DNA of 57,660 bases, filler included, from Sphacelaria rigidula (Eukaryota), in assembly GCA_964200075.2 (NCBI GenBank). It is 6 parts of 6 records of this genome, joined end to end, with 100 filler letters (N's around TTAATTAATTAA, not from the genome) between each part and the next. Parts side by side here need not be neighbours in the genome. Positions count along the whole stretch, not along the records: positions 19,255 to 28,781 come from CAXNAA020008293.1; positions 28,882 to 38,408 come from CAXNAA020008294.1; positions 38,509 to 48,034 come from CAXNAA020008295.1; 3 more parts are not named here. One strand, 5' to 3'. Below, piece by piece: positions 26,548 to 39,730 of the stretch. Under the pieces are notes generated by a model, which was not told the DNA's origin, searched no databases, and saw only the letters and a program-made list of their open reading frames with translations. Positions within the stretch are counted from its first letter, which is position 1, and every line of letters begins with the position of its first letter. The position numbers and the translations under genes were made by a program.

Positions 26548-26670
26548 CTGAAGGAACATGACGGCAACAACACCAGCAAAAGAGATGAGTCCACACGAAA
26601 AAGCATAGCCGTATAACCCTCCGTGGTTATTGTTGCCATCCGAGATAAGCAGGGCTGAAACCATGTAGAG
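26548..26670 (-). CDS. Internal exon of 4-TM MARVEL/synaptophysin-like membrane protein (LYMVSALLI...VVAVMFLQ); first exon not identified
   Basis: cag acceptor, CAG|gtgaga donor, 123 nt, phase 0-0, two hydrophobic segments. Confidence 0.8.
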
Positions 26671-28781
26671 CTGCATGGAGGTGCGTGCACGGCATCAACA
26701 AAAAAAGGCGCGTGAACGACCAAAATGAGGGAAATTATATTAATTTTACGGTTCAAATCCCTACCGGGATGGAGTGTAAGCCTTTTGGAATTACTGTCGA
26801 TCGAAAATGGTTGCAACTGGCCTACGCTCAACCAAGTACATTTATCGTCCTAGTCTACGAGCTGCGCCAGCCTAGAAACGAGTTCAAGTCAAGCTCTCGA
26901 AGTGATATCTCATCAACACAGACGAGTTGGACCGTGATCTGCATATCATATTAATCGTATATTCAGGGGGGAGGTGCCCATCCCCGAAAGTCTAACCTAA
27001 CCGAGATAGCGTTCATATCAAGATCTATATGAAACCCTGATCGGTATAGTGAGTGGATGACGACGATTTTCGGTGTACATTTTCACTGGAGGACGAGGAG
27101 ACGAGATATACTATTGGGGTTTATTGTGCCCTAGCGAGGTCCCACACAAAAATTCCAATACAACACCAAAAGTAGGCCGGTAAGTGGCCTGAGAAATACT
27201 GTTCCGAATTTCTACCGACCAGGTTACTTGACGGCCCCTCCGCCTGCCGGTATTCGGAGTTGGAACCTCAAATTTGGTACGGACAGTGAAAGAAAATACG
27301 AAAGCACCCGGAGAGTTTTTCTTTCCATGAGTGAGGAGCATTATACTGATTCCTGAAGGCTGATTATTGCCTTAGGAGGGGTCTCATCAGCAGTGATTAT
27401 CGCGCTTCAAACAATCACTTTTGGAGAAGCGATTGCCCCCACAACGACCAGTGCTGAGTCTAATCGGCGAGCAGCTGTGTCCAGATCGAAGCCGAGGTAC
27501 AAGAATGCGGCAATTTCGAGAGTGGCAGTTGGTCCAATATTTTTGTGCTGCTGCGGACGAGACGCAACGGACCTAAATATTACTTCGTATTAGTGAACTG
27601 ATCCGGATCACGGGCTAGCTCATGTGATCGTTTTTTCCATATTTTCTCTTTACAGCGCTGGGCACCGAGCACGCGGAGAAGCGTAAAGGTACCGCTTTGG
27701 CTTCTCGGGCCCTGCTGTCACGTAACTTGTGTTTTTGGATGAGCAATCTGAGAGTCACACCCCTTCGATTTGTTTTTCTCGGTAGCTCATGAGCTGTCCG
27801 ACGTGTGAAATATTGGCCGGCGAGTAGGTCTGCAAACCACAACTTGCCGCAAGGCTGGCGCGGCTCGTCTTGACCATAAATTGTCCAGCGTGTGAAAATA
27901 CTGAAGGCGATGGAAGGTGAACGGGGGTTGCGGGAGTGAGTGCGCCGACAAAAATGTCACGTGGAGGGTAAGTACCGGCAGAAAGATGGATTGATTCCTC
28001 GAGAAAACTATGGCGTCGACTCATGATGAGCGGGGAATTGACAGGGCTACAAATAAAGACGTTGACCAGGGGAGGGGGGGGTGTACTCATTCGTTGGTTG
28101 CTTCGATCGTCTGAACCATTGACCACGCGATATCAGGAGTTGGACGCTGAAATTTTGACAGCAGCTTCTTACGATCAAAAACAAGATAATATCGTAGGTC
28201 AAGGAAAAATATGAGAATCTGCAGCTGGACACGCGTGAAGTATCAATTCTTTGGGTGCAGGAGGTTTTCGTGAAACTTCAGCTCAAGACTACTTGAATTG
28301 GGCCGTGCGTTCAACATTTTCCGTGACGCTACTGCACCCCTAAAATCAAGTGATGGGAGACTCCAATTGTGAGGTCTTGAATTCGAATCCCGACAGATTC
28401 TTTTTTTGTTCGTTCGTCAAGGTTATACATTATCCAGTACATTTCTTCAATTATTCTTTTATTCAACGGCGGTGCCGTGTGTCACCAGGTTAGTCTACAC
28501 TTCACAGTGATATGCTTACATCGGGCTCATTCAGGAAACTGGGAAAGCTGTGGCGTGAGCAAGTTCTAGAGGCTCTTAGGCCGGCCCAGCTTGTACCCAC
28601 GCTTTGCAGAAAAAAAGATAGCATGCACAAAGTTTGGCGTTTTTGCATACACACACATACATTATCTCGTCGCACAACCGATCGATATCGCGATAGCCCC
28701 CCCCCTCTCACGCTTCATGCGACTCGTCGAACACACCACGGCGCTTCGCGCTTGGTGATTGAGTGCGAGCCCGGTCCGACG

Positions 28782-28881
28782 NNNNNNNNNNNNNNNNNNN
28801 NNNNNNNNNNNNNNNNNNNNNNNNNTTAATTAATTAANNNNNNNNNNNNNNNNNNNNNNNNNNNNNNNNNNNNNNNNNNNN
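28782..28881. other. Artificial contig linker
   Basis: Same 100-nt linker. Confidence 0.97.
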
Positions 28882-29647
28882 CTTATGACTATGGCAGGCA
28901 TGATCATGAGTACACCCCCCCCTATCAAACTTCCCATTCTTTCCCTTCCTCCGCAGGAATACGCAATCTCCCCCGCACATTCCCTGGCGTTTTCCTGTCG
29001 CGGATTAGATCAGCACTCCCTCACCTCGCCGAACCTCGTCGAACTTTATCTGCCACTCACATCCCCATCTTTTCAACGAGCAAGCTAGTGTTTCTCCGAA
29101 AATAACCGTATGTGTCGGGGTTCAAACCCCCCAGCTTTCCGCCCAACCTAGCTTAAGACGTACCGGTTCAACCAGCGGGGCACGGCGCTACTGTACTGGA
29201 ATGTTGTGCGAGTGCATCAGTGATGTGAGGCAATGGTGATGGTGATGTGCTTATTTGATCGATGCGTTTTGTTTTCCGCGTTTTAGATTTGGGACATGAT
29301 GATGGCACCGCCCAAACACGCGAAAGTAATACAGAGGCACGCTGCCGATTACAAGAGTACGTACGTACATGGGCATCTGTAAACCACCCGGAAGGTGTCC
29401 ACGCGCATACAGGCCTCCTGCCGTTCAGCCGCAGTAGTTATCTGCCCCATACGAAGTACAGATATACTCTATTTAGGTCGCTCTTGATCGAAAGAGGGAC
29501 ATGATCTATGCAGAGCGCACTGTGAGTCTCGTCACTACTAATAGGGTGCTTCATGCAGGGCACCGCTCGGACTCCGCGGTACTATGGTGTTCCCAGCCCG
29601 CATCAGTGACCACTGCCGGAGCCGTAACGAGCCTGGTATTCATAACA

Positions 29648-29910
29648 GACATTTTCTACGAAAGCCCCTCCCCCCCCAAAAAAAGAGTATGGTTTGGGGA
29701 AACAAAATCATCACATGAATCGAAATGGGGGAAGTCGAGCACAACGAGCAGCTGGGAATTTCCACGCTTGGGTTCGTTCTCGCCAATTTCGCCAATATGA
29801 GGCGCTTCATGCAGCCTGAACCCAAACAGCAGGCGCTGCATGGCCATCTTTTCCGTGAAAAGTTTGGGCTACTTTGTTTTTTGGGGGGGGAGGGCTATCG
29901 TAGAAAGTGT
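29648..29910. mobile_element. Small TIR element (~42-bp inverted repeats)
   Basis: gacattttctacgaaagcccctccccccc / gggggggagggctatcgtagaaagtgtc. Confidence 0.6.
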
Positions 29911-31425
29911 CGACAGGAGCACCGCATCAACAAGTCCGGCACCCGAAATTGCCTCGGTAGAGTCGGGTGGGTGCATCCGTTTCTTGAACCCAAGCTGCAG
30001 ATAACTTTTTAAATTGTGTACAGTATGTCGTACCGTATGAGGGCTCTGTTCCGCTGACACTCAAGAGCCAGCGTAACCACTTGACCGCGAGTATAGGTCA
30101 GTTGTTGAATCGGCATCAATATCACCTGAAAACTTACTGCATGACCGTGACCTACCCACCCTGGTGGTCAAAGACTTTGAGCATGTAGTCTTCGGGTGCA
30201 AATTACGCATGTTCGTAAGCCAGTACATTGATGCAAATCAACTGCTCTTCATAAACATGTGATGTCGCCTACAAGTTGTTCCACAATGAATCTCACACAA
30301 AATAGGTGCCAAAGTCGGCGACCAGGAATGACCCCCATACTCCTTCTACCTCAGCTATTGTAACGCACATAAGTGACGGCAACACTCCGAGGGCCGCACC
30401 CTAGTCTCTCCAAGTACTTTCTTGAATCATGCCATGTATCTCCTAAATCTAGCAGCTACTCTTCAGGGATTGGGCTGTCCGCGTTTGACCCAGAGGGTTT
30501 TTGGGCATAACATGAACTCTTCAACATCGGTCTGCGGGGCTGTTCCTGGAGGGTGGGGTACACCCTAAATCTTTTACCTGGCTTCAAAGCGTTTACCATT
30601 AGCGTACAGCTGCGTATATAGCAATAGGTTCTCCTGTTGCTACCCGGCCATCATCTCGCACAACCGCCCCCGTAAAGACGTGAGGTGTGCTCTGCTTCTT
30701 GCCGAAGAAGTGCCGGTTCGTGAAAAAACCCTCCGCACTTTTGGCGTGGGAAGCAATTGGTCGGAGAGATCTTCTCGTCATGATCTCCGACGAATCATGA
30801 TGCATAGTGTGTATGTACACTGTCTTCTTTCTCCCTTTCGCCTCAATCAGGATGTAAGAAACTACACAATATTTGAAATCTCATTGTAACTGTATGGTGT
30901 AACAAGGATGTAGTATACCAGGGCGCATCCCTACTCATCAGATTGAAGGGTATGTTGGGAGCACTGGGTTTGACAGGTTGAGGGGGTGGTTTCCAGCGAA
31001 TATGTTGCCAGAATCGCAGGAGAAAAACTGCATGCATTTGGCTTGATTACGCAAATATTCGCCACAATACATGCCCCTCCCTCTCCTTTGGAACCCCCCC
31101 CCCCCCCTCGAAAACGGCGTAGAAAGCATTACACATCAACCTCAGGGGCATTAATGTCTCCTGTTGCACGAGGGTACTTGCTATGCTGCAGCTGCACGGT
31201 GGCAGAGGTCATGTGTCGGGCCAACACCCATGGAGTCACTACCAAAATACACATCAACGATCGTAAGGTAGGATACTGGAGAAAGCAAGCGATTTCGTAA
31301 CAGACCTCGCCGATGGAACAGATGAGCAACCTTGTCGATCAAAGAGCTGGCCCGTTGAGGCGTCGAGAAGCAGTAAAGTACCGGAGGGAATAAGCGCGAT
31401 CTCCGCGATTTGCGGATCGGGATGT

Positions 31426-31641
31426 CGTATTGCGTGAGAGGACCGCGTGCTTAGAGGACCGCGCCGTAGTTCAAAATACCTCAGGATCGACGTTTTTCAA
31501 AATCAATCGGGTGAGTCCCTGCAGGTACCACGCCCGTGCCCCAACCCCAACACACACCCTAACCCTAATCCTAACCCTAACCATAGGGGTGTTCAAATTC
31601 CGATGCGATCCTCTAAGCACGCGGTCCTCTCACGCATTACA
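31426..31641 (+). mobile_element. Telomere-repeat MITE (TG..CA, Ginger-like) copy
   Basis: TIR (t/c)gtaatgcgtgagaggaccgcgtgcttagaggaccgc-type; internal ccctaa-like repeats; flanks atgt/gtgt. Confidence 0.85.
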
Positions 31642-34033
31642 GTGTAACGGATTGGTGAGAAATGGATACTGACGGTGTAGCTGGATGGATCAGGACACAT
31701 TGGGACAGAATTCAGAGGGCACGCAGCATGTTATTATTTCGTCTAACTCGTTTGCTATAAAGCACGCATATAATATTGTGTGCGACCTTTTTACTACATG
31801 CAGAATGAAGGAGCAGAGTGTGGTCAAGCGTGGCGGAATTTACGGTCCACGGGTTTACCTGGACTACACCATAGATGGCGTATTGTAGAAGGTGAAATAG
31901 GCCGGGATAGGCTTACTCGCTGTTTTTTTTTCTTACACGACACAACAAACCAGACATGGCTGACCTCTCCAACATGACTTTTCGGTTAAAAATGACTTCA
32001 GGATTTGAGACAGACGATGCTGCAGGTACTCTGCACTCTGATGTCCTACTCAGTGTTTTTGGCAGTGAAGTACTCCAAATGTGCTGAGGAATACGCAGTG
32101 TTCCAGAGAGGGGTTGGTACCTTCCAGGTGTTTGGAGTATGAGTTAAATTTTTTTGGGATTTCATCGTCCCTGGAGTATTGCAAATAAATGTTCTATTCC
32201 GGGCACCGCTGGAACGGTACCTTGTGTTATCCATACCAAGAGCAAGCAATACACACGCAGATAGAGCACGTGGACAGAAAATAAAACGCCGTCGTGACCA
32301 CCATCAGCATTCTACTGCCGAAATAACTCCAAACAAACCGACGACACCACCAGTTTTCGCGGCACTGCATGCATGCTGTGATGCTTCAAATGGCTGCTGA
32401 TGGTAGTCGAACTATTGTGTTGACTGACGGCGCATTATATTGTACGGCGTGTGCCCTTCGCGCTGTGAGAATGCATGTAGAGGCAGCAGACAGGGTGCAA
32501 TGTTGTTCGTCGAGTATGTGCGCACTGTACTGTGGTGTACTCTGCTGCACTGTTATGTACTGTTTTGTGCTGATCTATGTGATATGCTGCACGTTGCGTT
32601 TACCTGCGGTGCCACTGGCGATGTAGCTCTAAATGACTGCTGTAACTTTCGATACGTGTACTGTGATGTATAGGCTTGCGATAATTCGTCCCTGCGTCGA
32701 GACATTCATGCATAGAGGGTACAAGCTGGGCCAGGTAAGAGTGATTTTTGAATGAAGAATAACGATGTGATTGGTGATTCGAAGAATTGGGCGCTGGAAT
32801 TTTGGCACGGCGTTTTCATCATCAACTCGCGCAACCCAATTGGGGGTGCTGAGAAAGAAAAGAAGTTAGACCGAGTCTGAGCGAGTTGAAGTTTCAGCAA
32901 AAACAGGGAAAATGCTATAAGTCCGTTTTAATATATAATGAAAACGACCGAACCACGAACAACGTTGTAGGCACTCGCGTCTAGGACATCCTGATTAAGT
33001 TTCGGCCAAAAATACCTCAGATTGGGCGCCGCATCGCACTTTGCGTATGGTACGGCCGCGCCCCTTTAATCCAGGTGATACACAGGAGACTCTGGTTATG
33101 GTGGTCATGAGTTTGAATCCCGATAACCCGTCTTTATTCGTTCGTCCGTCGTCAAGGTCATATACCATGCAGTACTTCGAAGTATATATTTTTCTTTCTT
33201 TCGTTTTTCTTCTTCATTAAGCGGCGGTGCCATGTCTTACCAGGTTGGTCTACAGCTCACAGCGATATACCCAAGTCGCGCTGATTTGGAAAACTTGAGA
33301 AGAAGTTGTAATGTGGAAAACAAATGCTGGATTTACTGCTGGGCCAGCTCGCCAAGTTTCCTAATGACCTTCAGTGCGTGAATAGGTAATCTATAGAGCC
33401 AACATTGATTTCACTTGAAAAACTGGTGCATGACTAGATGACTTTCCCGCGTCATCAAAGGGTCAAGACCACATAATCGGGGTCACGGAAATAGAGACAG
33501 CACCGTGTGTGTATCCTCGGTGGTGGCGGATATCTAGTTCAACACCGATTTCCACGGAGCAATGCTACAGTAGGGGTGTACTTTTTTCGCGAAATTATGT
33601 CTAGTTCAGAGGCTCCTAACGATTCCAGATGCACAAAAATATGGGTCAGGGCATCCCCGTTTGCAACTTTATTCTGGATATCCCCATCACATTGAAGTAG
33701 TAATCCTGGCGTACTTTCACATACTTTTATAGGTCGTGTTTTGCATGAGATAAAGGGCTCCTAACAATTCTAACCTCAGAGAATATTTGTGCACCCCGAC
33801 CGTAGCATCACTCCACGCTCCGATTGGTGTGCTGGTACGATGTGCAAGAGCGCTGGTCCCAATCGTCGCGCCGTGTTGGAAGTTGTGGACTGTGAATATG
33901 CTGGCCATGACACCGGCACCAACACCTCAAAATACCGCCATGTGGGCCGATTGGATTCTTGAAGGTATCCACTCGACAAGAAACCTGTACTTCGAAGTAT
34001 TTCCGAATCTTCATGAAGAAAGGTGGTCCTGAA

Positions 34034-34244
34034 TGTTATGCGTAAGAGGACCGCGTGCTTAGAGGACCGCGCTGTAGTTCAAGACACCTCAGGATCGACG
34101 TTCTTCAAAACCAATCGGGCCAGTCCCTGCAGGTACCACGCCCCTGACCATAACCCCAACACTAACCCTAACCCTGACCCTAACCATGGGGATTTTCAAT
34201 TTCGGACGCGGTCCTCTAAGCACGCGGTCCTCTCACGCATTACA
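34034..34244 (+). mobile_element. Telomere-repeat MITE copy
   Basis: Same TIRs and body; flanking duplication ctgaa/ctgaa. Confidence 0.85.
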
Positions 34245-35128
34245 CTGAATACCGGCGCCGTCAGCGTGAGGTTGTAGGTGAGAGCTTCTGTTTGAACCAC
34301 TCCGCGACGATATCTGCCATTGCAGTCGACGCTCTAGATACATGATCGTGAATCATGCCCCGCCGCCTTGTCCCTGAAAACGAACGTGACTCCTTGTCTC
34401 AACATGGTGCAATTTTGCATGAATCACTTACTTGTCAGACACGTGAAATAATGATGAAAATGTCAACATTGCGAGAGCATTCCACTTTGCCTTTGCTTCT
34501 ACACCTTTGCGAGCTGAACAGCTCATCGTCAGGGGGGGGGCTTATGACCCCGACTGACGCTGTGTATGTAGTGGGTTTTCAAAACAGGGAGACGATTCTA
34601 CACAATCTACACACACACGTAGTTCCATCACACAGATAGATGGTTGCTAGCCCCCCGCCCCCCCCCCTACCCTGCTCGAAATGTCCACGTTATTGTTTAC
34701 AAGCTGTGGCGAAATGAAACACGAAATGACTGTCGAACGGTCACCACAGCGCGCCAGAGTACCATACTACTGCACAGTACACTGCTAGAATCACAGACAC
34801 ATAATATGTCCCACGTACGTTACTATGTATCAACTTGGATACATACCCAGTTGATCTTGGCTGTATACTATATGCAATACGCAATATTATGCAATTTGGG
34901 ACATATTACTTTCTGGTCCGTGGTTTGTCCTCCTGTTTACATGTACAGCAGTGCAGCACAGGCACAAGTACGTACCGCACTTTGCGGCATGGTGTAAAAC
35001 AGTAGCCCGTCGATCATCATTGCTGCATAATAACCGAGCACTACACATCACACACCAGGACGTAGCCCGCGAAATGTACACAAAATGTAGAAGCAGTCCA
35101 CACGATGAACTGATGCACAGGACACGAC

Positions 35129-35553
35129 TGTAATAATGCCGGGGAGGACCGCGTGCATAGAGGACTGCATCGTAGTTCGAAACACCCCGGCATCGACGTT
35201 TTTCAAAACCAATTGGGCCAGTATAATGCGTGAGAGGACCGCGTGCTTAGAGGACCGCCTCGGAATTTGAAGATCCCTATGGTTAGGGTTATGTTTAGGG
35301 TTAGTGTTGGGATTGGGGTCAGAGGCGTGGTCCCTGCAGGGACTGGCCCGATTGGTTTTGGAAAACGTCGATTGTGAGGTGTTTCGAGCCACGGCGCGGT
35401 CCTCTAAGGACGCAGTCCTCTCACTCATTACACCAGTCCAAACAAAGGACCACGCCCCTGACTCTGATCCCAACACTAACCCTAAATCCTGACCATAGTG
35501 GTGTCTAAATTCCGATGCAGTCCCCTAAGCGCACGGTCCTCCCACGCATTACA
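35129..35553 (+). mobile_element. Telomere-repeat MITE with a second inverted copy nested inside (35222-35432)
   Basis: Inner copy flanked by 4-bp TSD ccag (35218-35221, 35433-35436); outer halves rejoin to consensus. Confidence 0.88.
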
Positions 35554-36965
35554 ACCACTTGCAACATGATCAAATATGAGACGAGGAAGACGGCATATAT
35601 AACAAAAAGTGTCTTACTGTACGGTGTGACGTCTGTTTCAGAATGCCCCATCTGTATCTGGTGCTGTACTGCAGTCTGTTCAGCGCATGCAAGAGTTGAC
35701 CGTCAGATACGACAGGTGGCGCGGGAGCCTTGCATGACTACTAACCCGGCATTTTGCTATCCCGTATGGACTGTCTCGCTTGAGGCGGTGAATCTTGTGC
35801 CCCTTCTTGTATTGGCGTCGAAAGCGCCGCTGTTGTAGGGAGGGCTCCAGACGCGGTTGTTGTCAGGTTGAGTTTTGTGCCTGGGACCGAATTACGTCAT
35901 TTGTCCGAGTTCCGCCGCGTTTTCGCGGACTCAAGGTTGTTCTGGTTGACAGTCCCAGATATGGTTCCCCAGTTTGTTCTAGCAGACAGTCCCAGACATG
36001 CCCACGGTCTACAGACGGTACCACACCTCAGGTAATGTAGAAAATAGCCACAGTGCTCTGTCTAGAGCTGCACTAAGTCGGTTCACGTGGACTCGGGGGT
36101 GTGCTTCTGCCCCGGTGATTTACGACGGAATCGTGGCGCTTACTGTTGGATCCAGCTTCTGAACGACCACGACACCCACAGGTTGGTGCTCGCAGCACGT
36201 CAAGAGTAGATGTACTCACAGGACGTCCCAGAACTGAAACGCGACTGGCACTTGTCAACTCAGACGTTCCGTTGGGTGTCGTTCATGGAACAAGCTAAGA
36301 TGATAGCTATTGACACATCATGGCGATCTATTGACGGTACAGACCAGCCCGGGCCAACCCAACAAGGAAATACCTACCGTACCCACCTCAAAAACAAGCA
36401 GGTGCGCCGAACACTCGAAATACATGCTCGCCGATGAGTCGGTCAGCTCTCAATGAAGAATGATCATGCGAATGGAGGTGAAACGACTCAAGATCTATCA
36501 CGTGGCACCGAATGTTTTGAACGGTGGACGTATACGTGAACAGCACCCGCCAAGACGATCAGTGTAGCACTCTCTCGCAGCGACAACAGCAGCGAGTGCG
36601 CAATGTCCTCTCCTTGAACAAGAACGAACCTGATGTTGTAGTTGCCAGCTAGCAGTGTGGATGCTTTGTACCCCTGAGTGCAACCGTTCGTCGTTCAGCT
36701 CGTGCGGTGTATGTGGGCAGTATGGAACATGTACGTGAGGATATTGCAGCATATTGGAAGAATGTGAAAACAAAAACAAGGAGTTAATGGCTGGCTTCCC
36801 GCAGTAATGTGAGGTAACTTCTTCTGAATGTCATCCTATCGGCTTGTCTGTCGCATATCGATAGTTCACTAGGATGTGAGAAAGCTGTGCGTTCAGCACG
36901 GACGCGCCGTCCTCTTCCATACGACGTGCGTTGGTGGTCACCCAGCCTCATTTCTGACTCTGTAC

Positions 36966-37282
36966 CTGGCAATGCGCCAAGTATGCTGACGGCGGTCCAT
37001 TATTGTTGGCGATGAGTTTCTTCTGGACTACCATGCACGGTACTGCCATACGGCATAGGTGCAGTAACAGAAGTCGCTGCGACTGTTCAAGGGCAGGAAT
37101 ATCGCGAAGGTCCGCCGCCTCCCGATAGATAAGATGGGCGACCGCCAGGGAAAAGAAATATCAGTGCAGCATCGTCAAAACTTCTGCGAGAGCTTCCGTC
37201 ATGAGTCGGCCACGACCGCGAGTAAACACAGGAACAACCTCGGGACCGCGAAGTCCATGATGTACGGTCGTGGTGCGGGATA
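36966..37282 (-). pseudogene. Decayed exon-like coding relic (105 codons, one in-frame TGA), possibly transposase-derived
   Basis: tacag acceptor, CAG|gtacag donor; reads ...LMTEALAEVLTMLH*YFFSLAVAHLIYREAADLRDIPALEQSQRLLL... Confidence 0.35.
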
Positions 37283-38408
37283 CTGTAGTGCATCATTCAG
37301 AACCTCTTGCTATATGTGGGCGGCGATGTCAAGGTTCGTCCCCTAAGACAAATTACGAAGCGTACAGGGGTTCGAACCGCGTCTTTGAATGTTGAGAACC
37401 CATGTTTTTCACGGTATCAAGCACGATCATATTAATAGCCATCTCAAGTCAAGGACCAGAACACCGTATGACATCTGTACGCAGGGCGGGGTGCTCGCAA
37501 TTTTCACCTAGACTGCTGCATCTCAAAATGTACTATTGGCGCACCATCATTGGTAGCAACAATATCTACGAACAAATGCTGCGCTTTACCGCCAACTAGC
37601 ACATTATGCCATTCGTCCACCAGAGCATTTTAATTGCGTCCAACTGTGCAGTGGCCACGCCTCTGCACATTCGAAGAATTTCAAAATCTGGAGACAGCCC
37701 TTTCATACATGAGCTGCCTGCGGAATATTGCACATGGGACACAGGCGGCAGAACCGCGTAGCTTCGCGAATCTGAGCTATAGTACTAAAAGTTACCGGAT
37801 AGAGTTATCAGTCGTGCCGAGTGGAGGTGGGGCACTCAAACCCAGATGCAAATTCGTTCGCAGGGCAGGCACTCTATGCAGCAGAGCGTGACATGACCTC
37901 GCCGATAACATTAGGCACCAGAGAATGCGTTGGTTGTCATTGCTTTATACCTCCACCATTTCTCCGACATGTGTTTTAGGTTCTACATCGATCGTTCCTA
38001 GTCTACAAAACATCTCGTTCCATGGTTCGGGCTGGACGAAAGGGCAAGTACAGAACCCTTGATAAACTGCTGGAGATATGAGCGGATAATCGGCTAACGA
38101 TGTCCGAACCCACTGCATGCCGCAACATTCAGAACATGTGACATGAGACGTCGCGTTTTTGTTCTAAACAGAGCATACAACAAGGGGGAATATTCTCGGC
38201 AAGATAATGGGTATCGACTCTTGCTGAATTGTCTATATCCACCACGGTTCCACACATAATGCCGCGAACATAAGAGAGTATACAGAACGGTACTGCTATT
38301 AATTTCAATTTATGCGTTACAGGGTGAACTCATGTACTCATGATCATGCACGCCATTGTCATAAGACCATTGACCTCGCATCCCTACAAAGCCGGGACGG
38401 AGCACGCC

Positions 38409-38508
38409 NNNNNNNNNNNNNNNNNNNNNNNNNNNNNNNNNNNNNNNNNNNNTTAATTAATTAANNNNNNNNNNNNNNNNNNNNNNNNNNNNNNNNNNNN
38501 NNNNNNNN
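38409..38508. other. Artificial contig linker
   Basis: Same 100-nt linker. Confidence 0.97.
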
Positions 38509-39378
38509 TGTCCATAAAATGCGTCCCCCGATTTTGAAAAAATCAAGATTCGTGCTTGCCATAAAAGTGGGTCAAATATCGTTGCCGAAACCAAATTTGC
38601 CGCGGATTTGTTTCACCAGGATTCCAAAATCTGTTGCCATAACAATCTGGCCTCATCATGTTATTATTATTGCTATTATTATTATTTCCGCACATTAGTC
38701 CGATCTTGCGTACCCGTGGCCTTAGACCCTGAAAATTTGTACAACTGTGCTAAGGATCATTGCGCAACTTTGTATGGACGAGTTTTGTTTTTAGTTTTCT
38801 TCTCTTTGCCGTTTCACGGGGGTCCGATTGGACCAATGTTTCCCCGAAAAAACTGGGACCCTCGAAAAACGGTGGAAAAAGTGCAAGAGTCGGAAAACTT
38901 CGATATTCGAAAGTTGCGTATTGCCCCAGAGAACATCTGTTCAAAATTTCAAGGTCTAACTGCGTCAAACGGCGTGAAGTTTTGCCCATGAGTGTTTTTT
39001 GGGTGACAAGCCTGAACCAGCCTGTACGATGTGGAACAAAAGCGATCGATACTCGATACGAAATCGACACTCATTAGACTGAAATGATGGGCTACGAAGG
39101 GCTGAAAAACCCGTCCTGATGGAAATGATGGTATGTCAGTATAGAATGTAAAAAATTGAAACATTTTCCGTAGGGCACGTCACAACGAGTGCACCCAGGA
39201 ATCAAAATCATAAGGATGGGTGCATATGCACATTTTCGCCATACATACGCTGACGAGAGAGGCCGAATTCGCGGTGCTACTGGGGTATAATAGTGCGGCG
39301 CCAGTCAACTGCGACTCCATGTTTGATGTGACTACTTGCTACTCGACTTCCTTTCGCTTCATTATACTGCTGATGTAC

Positions 39379-39691
39379 TGTAATGCGTGAGAGGACCGCG
39401 CGCTCAGGGGACCGCATCGCAGTTCAACCCTTAGACCGCGAGATTAGTCTTTCGGGATTACGCATACTTTTCTTCACTTGAAATTGATGCCGATTCAACA
39501 GAAGACTTACCTCGAGGTCTAAGGGTTAAGCACCCCTGTGGATAGGGTTACGGTTAGGATTAGTGTTGGGGTTAGGGCCAGGGGCGTGGTCCCTGCAGGG
39601 ACTGGCCCGATTGGTTTTGAAAAATGTCGATCCTACGGTGTTTTGGACTACGATGCGGAGCCCTCAGCACGAGGTACTCTCACGCATTACA
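39379..39691 (-). mobile_element. Telomere-repeat MITE interrupted by piggyBac-like MITE
   Basis: TIRs intact, flanks gtac/gtgc, insertion at 39428-39525. Confidence 0.85.
39428..39525. mobile_element. piggyBac-like MITE (~98 bp)
   Basis: tcaa|cccttagacc...ggtctaaggg|ttaa. Confidence 0.8.
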
Positions 39692-39730
39692 GTGCCGCCC
39701 CTACATTTACAAATAAACTGTGTAGTTATA

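Noticed and set aside
27410-27550. Possible first-TM exon of the MARVEL-like gene (…LDSALVVVGAIASPK)
   Set aside because: Good acceptor but weak donor (gtgatt), no start codon, and PK would interrupt the helix; left unresolved
33775-38292. Phase-compatible exons (38179-38292, 37951-38066, 33775-33984) that would extend the His1 protein with 'MCG' and 'PHGG' LPMO-like motifs
   Set aside because: They lie across an artificial linker in a different contig. Phase matches are easy to get by chance, and the last has an in-frame stop.
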